In this document: positions 54,375-64,000 of the stretch, piece after piece
Numbering within the stretch: the stretch's first letter is position 1
How the letters are laid out: each line of letters starts with the position of its first letter
Assembly (NCBI GenBank): GCA_050948785.1
Contig: JBMNEM010000002.1
Span: 193,721-257,720, forward strand
Length of the DNA stretch: 64,000 bases
Reading direction: 5' to 3'
Origin: Dethiobacteria bacterium
GTDB lineage: Bacteria > Bacillota > Dethiobacteria > DTU022 > UBA8154
Program-made: the position numbers and the translations under genes
Notes under the pieces: model-generated
Database searches by the model: none
Told to the model about the DNA's origin: nothing
Seen by the model: only the letters and a program-made list of their open reading frames with translations

Positions 54375-54815
54375 CTAACCGTCCCGCGACAGATGCCGGA
54401 CCTCAATCCCCGGTGTCAGCGCAAACCAGTCAAAATCTGTGGGATAATCCCGGGCAAAAACAACACGGCTGATTCCACAGTTGATAATACATTTCGCACA
54501 TTCGGCGCAAGGCCTGTCAGTAACATAAATTGTAGCCCCTTTTCTCTCACCGGGCTCGCATTCCAGCAAAGCATTGATTTCGGCATGTATTGTTCTGATA
54601 CAGTGGTTGTTGACCATCAGGCACCCTTCATCAAGACAATGGGCCAGACCGCTAGGACTGCCGTTATACCCTGTCCCTTTGATTCTTTTGTCTTTCACGA
54701 TGACTGCCCCGACACGCCTGCGGGGGCAAGTGCTGCGTTCAGCCACCTGAAAGGCAATATCAATAAAATAATTATCCCAATCTTTGCGCATCAGCATTCC
54801 CCACCTGCCCCTCAT
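54375..54815 (-). CDS. dCMP/cytidine deaminase-family protein (ComEB-like); start probably an internal Met (MLMRKDWDNYF)
   Basis: Zinc-binding motifs HAEINAL and PCAECAKCI. Confidence 0.8.
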   Translation of the reverse strand: MRGRWGMLMRKDWDNYFIDIAFQVAERSTCPRRRVGAVIVKDKRIKGTGYNGSPSGLAHCLDEGCLMVNNHCIRTIHAEINALLECEPGERKGATIYVTDRPCAECAKCIINCGISRVVFARDYPTDFDWFALTPGIEVRHLSRDG

Positions 54816-54840
54816 TTATATAGACCATCTCACCACCCTG

Positions 54841-56097
54841 CTAGTAAAGAGGAAAAGCCGCACACAGCTCCTGCACCTTACGCCTGACCTGCACCAACGC
54901 CAGAGAATTTTGCCGTTCCTCTACCGTCCGGTTGATCAGCGCAGCAATCGCCTCCATCTCCGCTTTCTTCATTCCGCGGGAAGTGACCGCCGGGGTTCCC
55001 AACCGGATCCCGCTGGTGACCACCGGGCTCTCCGGGTCACGGGGAATAGCATTTTTATTGGCAGTAATCCCCACTTCACCCAGTAAATTTTCCATATCCC
55101 GGCCATTAATATTTTTACTGCGTAAATCAATCAACAGCAGATGGTTATCCGTTCCACCGGAAACAAGATCAAAACCCTGCTCTAAAAGACTGCCGGCCAG
55201 TGCCTGGGCATTTTTAAGAACCTGTTCCTGGTAAAGAATAAACTCCTCCCCCTGGGCCTCTTTAAAAGCAACCGCCTTGGCTGCGATCGCATGCATGAGG
55301 GGTCCTCCCTGAATCCCCGGAAAAACGGCCCGATCAATGTCCCGGGCAAATTCTTCGCGGCAGAGAATAAGCCCTCCCCGCGCACCCCGCAAGGTTTTGT
55401 GGGTAGTGCTCGACACAAATTCAGCATGGGGAACCGGATTGGGATGCAGCCCGGCTGCAACCAGGCCCGCAATATGCGCCATATCGACCAGAAAGTAAGC
55501 GTCCACCTCCCGGGCAATGGCGGCAAAAGCGGCAAAGTCAATTTTGCGGGGATAAGCGCTGGCACCGGCGATAATCAGACGCGGCCTGAACTTTTGGGCC
55601 AACGATCTGACCTCTTCCATATCAATATAACCGGTTTCAGGATCTACACCATAACTTTGAAAGTCATAATACTGGCCGGAAAAATTGACCGGGCTGCCAT
55701 GCGTAAGATGTCCACCATGGGCCAGGCTCATCCCCAGGATAAGATCCCCCGGCTCCAAACAAGCAAAGTAGACAGCCATATTGGCCGTAGCCCCCGCATG
55801 AGGTTGGACATTGGCGTGCTCCGCCCCAAAAAGTTCCTTGGCCCGCTCGATGGCCAGCTGTTCCACGACATCAACAAATTCACATCCACCATAATAGCGC
55901 TTTCCAGGATAACCCTCTGCATACTTGTTGGTCAAAACCGAGCCCTGGGCTGCTAGCACCCCCTTGCTGGCATAATTTTCCGAGGCAATCAAGACAATTC
56001 TTTCCTGCTGCCGCCGGGTTTCTTCCTCTATAGCCCGCGCTACTTGAGGATCTATTCTCGCTAAAAAATTTTTACCGTTGCTTTCTTCCACGGGCAT
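54841..56097 (-). CDS. glyA: Serine hydroxymethyltransferase
   Basis: ...[40 protein letters not shown]... with a PLP-lysine region (...[13 protein letters not shown]...). The listed ORF extends to 56130; the probable start is MPVEE. Confidence 0.9.
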   Translation of the reverse strand: MPVEESNGKNFLARIDPQVARAIEEETRRQQERIVLIASENYASKGVLAAQGSVLTNKYAEGYPGKRYYGGCEFVDVVEQLAIERAKELFGAEHANVQPHAGATANMAVYFACLEPGDLILGMSLAHGGHLTHGSPVNFSGQYYDFQSYGVDPETGYIDMEEVRSLAQKFRPRLIIAGASAYPRKIDFAAFAAIAREVDAYFLVDMAHIAGLVAAGLHPNPVPHAEFVSSTTHKTLRGARGGLILCREEFARDIDRAVFPGIQGGPLMHAIAAKAVAFKEAQGEEFILYQEQVLKNAQALAGSLLEQGFDLVSGGTDNHLLLIDLRSKNINGRDMENLLGEVGITANKNAIPRDPESPVVTSGIRLGTPAVTSRGMKKAEMEAIAALINRTVEERQNSLALVQVRRKVQELCAAFPLY

Positions 56098-56149
56098 GGC
56101 CAGGCCTGATTTATCTTCTAAACCAGGCACACCCCCCTTTCACTGTGAA

Positions 56150-56638
56150 TTAATCGCTGCTTCCTTCCTGGCTGGCAGAGCATCCGTCAATCTCCCGGGC
56201 CCGCTCTTCTAGCTCCTTGATTTTTTCTACCCTTACTTGGTGTCTTCCTCCCTCAAAAGGGGTTTCCAAAAAAACTCCGACGATCTCCCGGGCCAGTTCT
56301 TTTTGTAAAACCCTGGAGCCCAACGTCAGGATATTGGCATCATTATGCGCCCGGGCATAGCGGGCAGAAAATAAATCGTTGCATAACGCTGCCCGAATCC
56401 CCGGCAGCTTATTGGCAACAATCGCCACACCGATGCCCGTTCCACAAACAAGAATTCCCCGGGCAAAATTTCCTTGCTGCACAGCACGGGCAGCCTTAAA
56501 AGCCAAATCGGGATAATCCACGGACTCCTCATCAAAAGTACCAAAATCTTCGTAGACAATCCCCTTTTCAGCCAGGTAGCCCTTGATGAATTCCTTTAAG
56601 GAAAAACCGGCATGATCCGCAGCCAGAACAATCTTCAA
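56150..56638 (-). CDS. rpiB: Ribose-5-phosphate isomerase B
   Basis: MKIVLAADHAGFSLKE...ILVCGTGIGVAIVANK is the RpiB/LacAB fold signature. Confidence 0.85.
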   Translation of the reverse strand: MKIVLAADHAGFSLKEFIKGYLAEKGIVYEDFGTFDEESVDYPDLAFKAARAVQQGNFARGILVCGTGIGVAIVANKLPGIRAALCNDLFSARYARAHNDANILTLGSRVLQKELAREIVGVFLETPFEGGRHQVRVEKIKELEERAREIDGCSASQEGSSD

Positions 56639-56719
56639 TGGTTAATTCCCCTTTGTTTCAAGTGGATTCTTCTTCGCTTTAAATGGTTCGCTCCCCTAAC
56701 AATTTTCTCCTGCGGCAAT

Positions 56720-57232
56720 TTAACTTTCTTCCACTTTTCCCCGGCCTTTTTCCTCTTTTTCCGGGGAACCGCTCCATCTGGCAGCAATCTTTTTTAAAGC
56801 TTCCCTGATCTCAGCGGCAGCCAGGCGGTATACTTCTATTCCCCGACCGAAGGGATCGGAGATCTCCTCGCCGTTACCGCCGGCGTATTCCGTTAAAAGC
56901 CATACTTTCTCCTGGGCTTCAGGGTAGCTGTTTAAAAGATAGTTCTTCTGCCCGTGAGTCATCGTAAAAATATAATGGGCTTGCTCCACCAGTTCCGGAG
57001 TTACCTGGCCAGAACGGTGCTCACGAAAATCTATCCCGTAACTGTGCAGCACTTCGAGGGCTTCTCTGCTCGCTGCAAGCCCTTCTACCGAAGCCACCCC
57101 GGCGGAAAAAACTTTTACATGTATATTTTCTCCGGGAATCTCTTTCAGGATTCCCTCCAATAAAGCTTGTGCCAGAACGCTGCGACATGTATTACCGGTG
57201 CAAACAAAAAGAACATTTAAAGTACGGCCCAT
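56720..57232 (-). CDS. Low-molecular-weight protein tyrosine/arginine phosphatase (YwlE-like)
   Basis: CTGNTCRS P-loop (CX5R). Confidence 0.8.
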   Translation of the reverse strand: MGRTLNVLFVCTGNTCRSVLAQALLEGILKEIPGENIHVKVFSAGVASVEGLAASREALEVLHSYGIDFREHRSGQVTPELVEQAHYIFTMTHGQKNYLLNSYPEAQEKVWLLTEYAGGNGEEISDPFGRGIEVYRLAAAEIREALKKIAARWSGSPEKEEKGRGKVEES

Positions 57233-57252
57233 TGTTCCACCTGCCTTTTTTG

Positions 57253-58353
57253 TTACTCTGCCTGGATAATTTTTGCCGCGGCTTTCCGCAAGCGGTTCAT
57301 GACAGCCTTGCCCATCCCTTTGTCATCAAAACCCTCCACCACAATAACATCCACATCCCGGACATCCATCTCACGCAAAACACCAAAAAGCCGTTCCGCT
57401 GCACCATGAGGATCCTTCCGGGAACTCAACACCTTGACCACCGGGGCGGGGAAAAGCCCCTGCGATTCCGCAAAAAGAATTAAGCCAATCTTGTACCCCT
57501 GCCCGGCCAAACCTGCGCATAAAGCGATCAACTGCCGCCTCTGCGCCGGCTCTTCCCCCTCCACAAGATAAAGGGGGGCCCGGGGAGCATAATGCCTATA
57601 TTTCATTCCCGGTGAAAGCGGAGCTCCCGACGGCAAATCTTTCTCCCCAGAGCTCAGGTCCCGGATCTCTTTCCCGGAAACCTCTTCCAACATTTCCAAA
57701 GTAACCCCTCCCGGACGTAACAAAGCCGGGGGAGAAGAAAGAAAGCTCAGGACCGTCGATTCCACCCCAATCGTACAGGGCCCTCCGTCAAGCACCGCCT
57801 CAATACAGCCGGCAAGGTCCTCCAACACATGCTCTGCCGTGGTGGGACTGGGGCGCCCGGAGAGATTGGCACTGGGAGCAGCCAGCGGGATCCCCACCGT
57901 CCGGAGCAGCTTTAAAGCCAAAGCATGCGCCGGAACGCGTACAGCCACAGAAGAAAGACCCGCTGTAATGATCTCCGGAACAAGTTCTTTTTTAGGTAAA
58001 ACCAGGGTTAGTGGACCGGGCCAGAAATGCTCTGCCAACCGGGCCGCTTCCGGGGGAATATTTTTCACCAGCTCCCCAACCTGCTCCAAACCTGTAACAT
58101 GGACAATAAGGGGGTTATCCGCAGGTCTCCTTTTGACCCTGAAAATACCCTTGACCGCCTCCGGATCCAACGCGTTGGCCCCCAAACCGTAAACCGTTTC
58201 CGTGGGAAAGGCAACGAGTCCCCCTTTTTGCAGAATCTCCGCAGCAACATGCAGAGCTTTTTCCTCTTCCCGGGAATGCCCTGCCCGGAGTAAAATTGTT
58301 CCTTTAACCCGTGGCCATGTTAAATACAAAACTACACCTCCGGGAAAATGCAT
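57253..58353 (-). CDS. tsaC: L-threonylcarbamoyladenylate synthase (TsaC/Sua5/YwlC) with Sua5 C-terminal domain
   Basis: YrdC domain (...GGLVAFPTETVYGLGANAL...) plus a C-terminal Sua5 domain. The ywlC-ywlE-rpiB-glyA order matches Bacillus. Confidence 0.8.
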   Translation of the reverse strand: MHFPGGVVLYLTWPRVKGTILLRAGHSREEEKALHVAAEILQKGGLVAFPTETVYGLGANALDPEAVKGIFRVKRRPADNPLIVHVTGLEQVGELVKNIPPEAARLAEHFWPGPLTLVLPKKELVPEIITAGLSSVAVRVPAHALALKLLRTVGIPLAAPSANLSGRPSPTTAEHVLEDLAGCIEAVLDGGPCTIGVESTVLSFLSSPPALLRPGGVTLEMLEEVSGKEIRDLSSGEKDLPSGAPLSPGMKYRHYAPRAPLYLVEGEEPAQRRQLIALCAGLAGQGYKIGLILFAESQGLFPAPVVKVLSSRKDPHGAAERLFGVLREMDVRDVDVIVVEGFDDKGMGKAVMNRLRKAAAKIIQAE

Positions 58354-58404
58354 CCACTAAAAATATTACCATAAAGTCATTTTTTTTGATATAATTTTTG
58401 TTAA

Positions 58405-58505
58405 ATAACAATTTTTGCATCCCCGCGGGTGCAACCGCGGGGACGGTCCTTGTGGTTGGTCCTTGAGCCAGCCGGGCCAGCCGCGGGGACGGTCCTTGTG
58501 GTTGG
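58405..58505 (-). repeat. Two copies of the GC-rich 25-mer repeat in reverse orientation (CCAACCACAAGGACCGTCCCCGCGG...), intergenic between tsaC and larC
   Basis: Reverse complement of CCACAAGGACCGTCCCCGCGGTTG, present twice. Confidence 0.7.
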
Positions 58506-58742
58506 TCCTTGCGACTGATCAGGCCTCAAGCATAATTTTTGTTGGATATAAACAGCCTTAGCCGGCGTTCATTATCATAACCTGTGCGGGCCTGCTCTAA
58601 ACTTGCCGGAATCCCAGAAAATTTTCAGGCCCCCAAACATTCATTACAAGAGTGGCAAATCAACAATATTATGTTAACTATCAAATCTGGTGTTTTTAGC
58701 AGCTGTTTGATTACGACTATATTGTACTAGGTGGGAATACAC

Positions 58743-59960
58743 ATGAACGTATTGTATTTGGAATGCCCGGCCGGTGCTGCCGGGGATATGCTGCTGGCCG
58801 CCCTGCTGGATTGCGGCCTTTCCGTGGAAGAACTGCAGGAAAAACTTTCCCTTCTCCCCCTGGAAGGTTATACTCTGCAAACCAGCCGTACACACAAAAA
58901 AGGGCTCCACGCACTGCAGGTCAAAGTTGACGTCCGGCAAAAACAACCCTTTCGCCATCTACCCGCGATTAGAGAAATAATCGAAAAATCCGCCCTGTCA
59001 ACCACGGTCAAAGAAAAAAGCCTCGCTGTTTTTCAAGCTCTGGCCCAAGCAGAAGCCAGAGTCCATGGGCTTCCTCTTGAAAAAGTCCATTTCCATGAAA
59101 TCGGTGCGATAGATGCAATTATCGATATTGTCGGCAGCATGCTCGCCCTGGAAATGCTCGGGGTGGAAAAGATCTGGGCCTCCCCCCTGCCCCTGGGACG
59201 TGGCTGGATCAACATCAGCCACGGCTGGATCCCCCTGCCGGCTCCGGCCACCATGGAGATAATCAAAAAATACCGTATTCCCTGTTACGGTTTACCCTTT
59301 AAAGGAGAAACAGTAACCCCTACGGGAGCAGCAATCCTCAGCATCATCTGTTCCCGTTTCGCGCCGCTGCCCCCGATGGTTATTCAAAGCATCGGCTACG
59401 GTGCCGGCCAGAAGGATTTTCGTTTCCCCAATATTCTCAGAGCCTTCAAAGGCCGGCTCTCCGGCACCGGCACACAAAAAGAGGGAGGCCCTGCGGTGGG
59501 TACCACGCCAAAAGGCGCCCTGCTCGCCGCGCCCCTGGAGATTCTTGAGGCCAATATTGACGACCTCAACCCGGAAATTTATGCTTACGTCCTGGAACGC
59601 CTTTTTTCCTCCGGGGCCCTCGATGTCTACCTGACCCCTATACAAATGAAAAAAAACAGGCCAGCTGTTAAAATTTCCGTCCTGGCAAATCCACAGCAAG
59701 CAAAAAAACTGGGTGAAATACTGCTGCAGGAAACTACCACCCTGGGTTATAGAAGGCTAAGCGCCGAAAAAATAATGTTACCCCGCCGGCAAACGTTGTT
59801 GAAAACTCCCTGGGGAAAAGTAAGGATAAAAATTGCCGGGACAGCTCCGGATTATCAAAATATCTCTCCCGAATATGCTGATTGCCTCCGTATTGCCCGC
59901 ACCAAGGGAATCCCCTTGAAAAAGGTCTACCGGCAAATCTGGAAGCTCCTTCGGCCCTGA
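58743..59960 (+). CDS. larC: Nickel-pincer cofactor biosynthesis protein LarC (CTP-dependent nickel insertase; DUF111/UPF0272)
   Basis: MNVLYLECPAGAAGDMLLAALLD... at the N-terminus and the conserved ...HFHEIGAIDAIIDIVG... His-rich motif. About 405 aa. Confidence 0.75.
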   Translation: MNVLYLECPAGAAGDMLLAALLDCGLSVEELQEKLSLLPLEGYTLQTSRTHKKGLHALQVKVDVRQKQPFRHLPAIREIIEKSALSTTVKEKSLAVFQALAQAEARVHGLPLEKVHFHEIGAIDAIIDIVGSMLALEMLGVEKIWASPLPLGRGWINISHGWIPLPAPATMEIIKKYRIPCYGLPFKGETVTPTGAAILSIICSRFAPLPPMVIQSIGYGAGQKDFRFPNILRAFKGRLSGTGTQKEGGPAVGTTPKGALLAAPLEILEANIDDLNPEIYAYVLERLFSSGALDVYLTPIQMKKNRPAVKISVLANPQQAKKLGEILLQETTTLGYRRLSAEKIMLPRRQTLLKTPWGKVRIKIAGTAPDYQNISPEYADCLRIARTKGIPLKKVYRQIWKLLRP

Positions 59961-60003
59961 ATAACTCCGGGAAAAAACTGCCGGCTGCAGACGGACACCC
60001 TCG

Positions 60004-61596
60004 TTAAAATTCACCGGTGATCATCTGTGCCAGGTTAACGGCGTGATCACCGACTCTTTCCAGATTACTCAATATATCCAGGTAGACAACCCCCGCCCGC
60101 GGAAGACATTCCCGGCGATTGACCCGGTCAATATGATTCCTTCTTAAAATACGTTCGCGCTCATCAACAACATTATCCCGCTTGATAACCCCCCGGGCAA
60201 CCCGGATATTTTCCCCCATCAGCGCCATAATCGCTTCCCCCAGCATGCCATCCACTTCTTCAAAGAAGCTGAATATTTCCTCCTTCGCCTTGGGGGTAAC
60301 CGGTAATTTGTCTTCGATAACCATCTCGGAAAGATAGGCTATATTGCAGGCGTGATCACTGATCCGCTCCAGATCATTTGCCGCACTCATCACGCCGGAG
60401 ATAATCTTAGACTGCTGGTGGTTTAAAGAATGCTGCGACAGCTCCCGTAAATAAACATTGATCTCTTTTTCCAGGCCATCTACCAGCTCTTCCATCTGTA
60501 AAACCTGGGGTATTTTTTTAAGATTACTGTGATAAAAAACATCCATTGAATCCTTGACCATTTCGCGGGACATATTGGCCATACGGATCAGCTCCATCCT
60601 GCTGGCTTCAATCGCAGCAGAGGGAGCCTTCAACATCCTTTTATCCAGATATTTGGGCCCCAGGTCCAGCGCAGGCTCCTCCCCGGGAACAGCCCACTGC
60701 ACAAAGGAAACAAAATATTTAAAAAAGGGAAACATAATCACCGTATTTAAAACGTTGAAAAGCGTATGGGCATTGGCTACCTGCCGGACAACAACAGAGG
60801 AAGTACCCAAAACAAGGGCTGTAAAAGGCTTCAGAAAAATCAGCGCGAGGACAACACCCAAAAGGTTAAAAAGGACATGCGAAAAGGCAGCCCTTTTTGC
60901 AGATAAAGAAGTCCCCATACAGGCCAAAATTGCCGTAATGCAGGTCCCCACATTTGTTCCGAGGATTAAAGGGATGGCCGATTCAAGGGTAAGCAAATTT
61001 TGTAAAGTAAGAGCCACTACTATACCCGTTACGGCACTGCTGCTTTGAATCAAGGCTGTAAAAAGTGCCGCAAACAAAATTCCCAACAAAGGCCGTTTAC
61101 CGAACCTCACCAGCATATTCAAAAAGAAAGCATTCTCCCTCAGAGGAAGCATCGCCTCGGACATAATCTGCATCCCCAAAAATAAAAGACCCAGGCCCAG
61201 GATCGTTTGGCCTAAATAACGGTACACTTTGCGCCGGCCAAAAAAATTTAAAAACCCCCCGATACCGATACAGGGCAAAATTAACAACCCAAACTCAAAA
61301 GATACTACCTGAGCAGTAATGGTTGTCCCAATGTTAGCTCCCATAATCGCACTGACTGCCTGGGCAAGGCTCATCAAACCGGCATTAACAAAACCAACCA
61401 GCATGACTGTGGTTGTGCTGCTGCTTTGTACCAGAACGGTAACAGCTATACCTGTAAGCACGCCGATAATCGGCTTTCCTGTTAATACCTCCAGGATACG
61501 CCTCAAATTATCCCCGGCAACTTTCTGCATTCCCGAAGCCATCATCTGGATACTATAAAGAAATAATCCAAGGCCACCAAACAAACCGGCAAACAC
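60004..61596 (-). CDS. Na+/phosphate cotransporter family protein (NptA-like) with C-terminal PhoU-like domains
   Basis: Two Na/Pi cotransporter repeats (...VLVQSSSTTTVMLVGF... and ...LIQSSSAVTGIVVAL...) and a PhoU-like helical C-terminal domain. Confidence 0.8.
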   Translation of the reverse strand: MFAGLFGGLGLFLYSIQMMASGMQKVAGDNLRRILEVLTGKPIIGVLTGIAVTVLVQSSSTTTVMLVGFVNAGLMSLAQAVSAIMGANIGTTITAQVVSFEFGLLILPCIGIGGFLNFFGRRKVYRYLGQTILGLGLLFLGMQIMSEAMLPLRENAFFLNMLVRFGKRPLLGILFAALFTALIQSSSAVTGIVVALTLQNLLTLESAIPLILGTNVGTCITAILACMGTSLSAKRAAFSHVLFNLLGVVLALIFLKPFTALVLGTSSVVVRQVANAHTLFNVLNTVIMFPFFKYFVSFVQWAVPGEEPALDLGPKYLDKRMLKAPSAAIEASRMELIRMANMSREMVKDSMDVFYHSNLKKIPQVLQMEELVDGLEKEINVYLRELSQHSLNHQQSKIISGVMSAANDLERISDHACNIAYLSEMVIEDKLPVTPKAKEEIFSFFEEVDGMLGEAIMALMGENIRVARGVIKRDNVVDERERILRRNHIDRVNRRECLPRAGVVYLDILSNLERVGDHAVNLAQMITGEF

Positions 61597-61902
61597 AAAC
61601 CATGTTTTCAGGGTAATCCCCCCATATCATAAATCAATTTAAACTAAAGTTCGCATTAATTAACCCTTTTTAATTAACTCTTTAAAAAAAGAATTCTCGA
61701 TCCCCTGTTTCATTTCCTTTATTAAAACAGATCGAGAGTTAAAAAATAAACAATTTTGTAATCTTGGGAACTGTAAGGAAGTTAAAACCGTAACGAGCCT
61801 TAATGCCAAACTCTATTCCATTGTAACCACTCCGGCCAAGAGATTGTGGCCCAAGTCATTGAGCAGGAACCGGTTTGTTCGTCTTTCCGGCAGCCTCTCC
61901 GT

Positions 61903-62667
61903 TCAGCGCTTTTTTCCCAAAAATACCTCCCATAGCCAGAAACGCCATTTACGTTGCGAACCTTCTTGCTCGCCGGCAGCACTCCCGCTCTCACACCCTT
62001 TTTCGTTTTCCCTTCCCTCAGCCACTCCGGCCTTATCTGCAGCGTTTCCTCCCATCTGCTCATCCTCCGGCAAGTTTTCACCCGCATCGTCTGCAGCTAA
62101 AGGGGGCAGCAGATTAAAACATAATGGGGGAAAAAGAACACACCACCAGTTTTCCCCACGGCCCTCTCCAATAACCATGTACAGAGCGGCGTACTCCCCC
62201 GGCGGATAAAGCTTCCCCTCATAAAAACGAGCCGGAAAAACATCGCGGACCAAGGAAACATCGACATCATAGGCAAAACCGCATTCCTGCAGGATCTCCC
62301 GGGCCACACTTTCCAGCACCGGGCTGTTTTCCGCGAGAAGAAGGCCCAGTTCGGCGCTGCTCCGGCAGCGGCTCCATTCCGGTTGAAAGCGGGTAAGTAC
62401 TCTCCGGGCAACATAATTTTTAACTTCCTGATCCTCCGGGCTGTTACTATGCGCCTTGACATGAAAACGAAGCAGATCATCATGCACCTGCACCGCTTCC
62501 GGCTTTGCCTGCCCGCCTGAGAGCGGCGTTAAAAACCCGGACTGCCCCGGCAGCAAACAGAGGGCGGCGAGAAAAAGAGCGAAACCCAAAATAAACACAC
62601 ACCTGTTTTTTCCCCTGAAAACAGACCGGCATATTTTTTTAACCGGCAGTTTATTGAAAAATAGCAT
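61903..62667 (-). CDS. spoIIR: Stage II sporulation protein R
   Basis: ...LRFHVKAHSNSPEDQEVKNYVARRVL... and ...GEGRGENWWCVLFPPLCF... are SpoIIR hallmarks. N-terminal signal/anchor. Confidence 0.8.
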   Translation of the reverse strand: MLFFNKLPVKKICRSVFRGKNRCVFILGFALFLAALCLLPGQSGFLTPLSGGQAKPEAVQVHDDLLRFHVKAHSNSPEDQEVKNYVARRVLTRFQPEWSRCRSSAELGLLLAENSPVLESVAREILQECGFAYDVDVSLVRDVFPARFYEGKLYPPGEYAALYMVIGEGRGENWWCVLFPPLCFNLLPPLAADDAGENLPEDEQMGGNAADKAGVAEGRENEKGCESGSAAGEQEGSQRKWRFWLWEVFLGKKR

Positions 62668-62674
62668 CTTTTTT

Positions 62675-63535
62675 CTAGCCCTCCTCTACCCGGGGATTTT
62701 TACTTTTGGGGCGGTTTTTCTTTTGTTCAACCTGCCCTTGATAATACCTGCGGATAAAGAGCAGGGCCGCCTTCTCAATCCTGGATATCTGAGCCTGGGA
62801 AATACCCACCTTCCTGGCTACCTCCGTCTGGGTCTTTCCCTCAAAAAAACGCGCCATCAGGATATACCTCTCCCGGGGCTCCAGCTTGCCCAAGGCTTCC
62901 TTCAAGGCGATCTTCTCCAGCCAGCGCTCATCCTCGTTTTGATCATCCGGCAGAAGATCAATAATTTGCAGGGGATCCGTACTGTCATTAAAAACCGGTT
63001 CAAAAAAAGATACCGGTTCCGCATTGGCATTATAGGCGAAAACGATCTCTTCCGGAGTTAAATCCGTCTCGGCTGCCAGCTCCGTCAAGGTTGGCTCCTT
63101 TTGATTTTTTTGCAGAAAACTGTCCCGGGCAATCTGAATTTTTTGGGCCGTGGTTTTTAAGGAACGGCTGATATGGATATAATTGTTATCCCGGAGATAG
63201 CGTTTAACCTCTCCGAGAATCATGGGCACAGCGTATGTAGAAAAATTCACGCCATGTTCCAGGGAAAAGTTGTCGATTGCTTTCATTAAACCGATACAAC
63301 CGATCTGGAAAAGATCGTCCATATTTTCGCCGCGATTAGTAAAATTTTTCAGCACGCTTAACACCAGTTTTAAATTGCCCTTAATCAATTCTTCCCTGAT
63401 CTCTACCTCACCGCCCGCCAAACGTTGAAAAAGATTTCTCATCTGTTCCCAGGGTATGGTCGGCAATTCATAGGTATTGACACCGCTGATCTCCACTTTT
63501 TTAAACCTGCGCATAAATTCCTGCCCCCCGGACAA
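62675..63535 (-). CDS. sigG: Sporulation sigma factor SigG (forespore late sigma; SigF is the less likely alternative)
   Basis: Near-identity to Bacillus SigG blocks: GNLKLVLSVLKNFTNRGENMDDLFQIGCIGLMKAIDNF; FSTYAVPMILGEVKRYLRDNN; region 4 GKTQTEVARKVGISQAQISRIEKAAL. The start may be the second Met. Confidence 0.75.
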   Translation of the reverse strand: MSGGQEFMRRFKKVEISGVNTYELPTIPWEQMRNLFQRLAGGEVEIREELIKGNLKLVLSVLKNFTNRGENMDDLFQIGCIGLMKAIDNFSLEHGVNFSTYAVPMILGEVKRYLRDNNYIHISRSLKTTAQKIQIARDSFLQKNQKEPTLTELAAETDLTPEEIVFAYNANAEPVSFFEPVFNDSTDPLQIIDLLPDDQNEDERWLEKIALKEALGKLEPRERYILMARFFEGKTQTEVARKVGISQAQISRIEKAALLFIRRYYQGQVEQKKNRPKSKNPRVEEG

Positions 63536-63686
63536 AAGTACTTTCTACTTTTAGTATGCGCTAAATTTCCATTTTTTAGACATTGCGGGGTATGTTATAA
63601 TAAATTAAAGGTGCAGAGGTAGGGCTTAATTTGGAACGAGAGTATAACGAGGGTATAATCTTGAGGAAAAGAATGGGAGGCTGAAA

Positions 63687-64000
63687 ATGACCGAACTTGT
63701 CCGCTTTGGTGTTTCCATCAGCGCAGGTCTGCTGGAATCATTTGACAAGGTAATTATGAAAAAAGGTTACAATAACCGCTCGGAAGCAATCCGCGATTTG
63801 ATTCGCAACCAGCTTGTGGAGATGGAATGGGAGCAAGGAGATGAAGAGGTAGCCGGAACGATCACGCTAATCTATGACCACCACGTGCGGGGATTAAGCA
63901 ACCTGCTTTTAGAGGTCCAACACGACTATCATAATTTAATCCTATCCACAATGCACCTGCATCTTGACCATCACAACTGCCTGGAAGTGCTTGCTGTCCA
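63687..64000 (+). CDS. nikR: Nickel-responsive transcriptional regulator NikR (5' part; continues past the window end)
   Basis: RHH N-terminus ...[18 protein letters not shown].... His-rich metal-binding region ...HHVRGL...HLHLDHHNC.... GGGAGG RBS 7 nt upstream of the ATG. Confidence 0.75.
   Translation, partial: MTELVRFGVSISAGLLESFDKVIMKKGYNNRSEAIRDLIRNQLVEMEWEQGDEEVAGTITLIYDHHVRGLSNLLLEVQHDYHNLILSTMHLHLDHHNCLEVLAV

Overview
The window looks like a ~50% GC genome of an endospore-forming Firmicute (Clostridia-like), judged from spoIIR, sigG, bofA-yaaL, SLH-domain surface proteins and a V-type ATPase operon. The main blocks, from left to right, are as follows. (1) A cobalamin-uptake locus on the minus strand: a fused ECF ATPase pair, EcfT, a DUF4430 protein and two SLH-anchored proteins with prenyltransferase/terpene-cyclase-like alpha-barrel domains. 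It is governed by three paralogous cobalamin riboswitches, two of which sit directly upstream of tiny DUF2292/YezD-like genes, one of them absent from the ORF track. (2) A decayed defence island at 11.4-18.5 kb with a PLD-nuclease/SNF2-helicase fusion and a large NPPY N6-adenine methyltransferase, both frameshifted, abutting a truncated SLH-gene remnant. (3) An accessory stretch at 18.8-28.3 kb (FliK-like protein plus FlhB-C-terminal-like protein, an FG-GAP repeat protein, and a MacB-type ABC ATPase, CARDB-like surface protein and FtsX permease) with many apparent frameshifts. (4) Envelope and metabolic genes: a GT-C/PMT-like glycosyltransferase, an Amj-like lipid II flippase, a tungsten-type aldehyde:ferredoxin oxidoreductase, an MBL hydrolase, an acetyl-CoA hydrolase/transferase-GNAT fusion, cobS, a Clp-fold serine protease, a DUF457 hydrolase, yaaL-bofA and ldh. 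(5) A 1.6 kb non-coding island at 42.7-44.4 kb holding an orphan plus-strand cobalamin riboswitch, three ~150 bp composite repeat units and a dispersed GC-rich 25-mer (CCACAAGGACCGTCCCCGCGGTTGG) that recurs at 39.3-39.7 kb and 58.4-58.5 kb. (6) A complete nine-gene V-type ATPase operon on the minus strand. (7) A housekeeping run on the minus strand (UPF0104 membrane protein, dCMP deaminase, glyA, rpiB, LMW-PTP, tsaC/sua5), then larC, a Na/Pi cotransporter, spoIIR, sigG and the 5' part of nikR.
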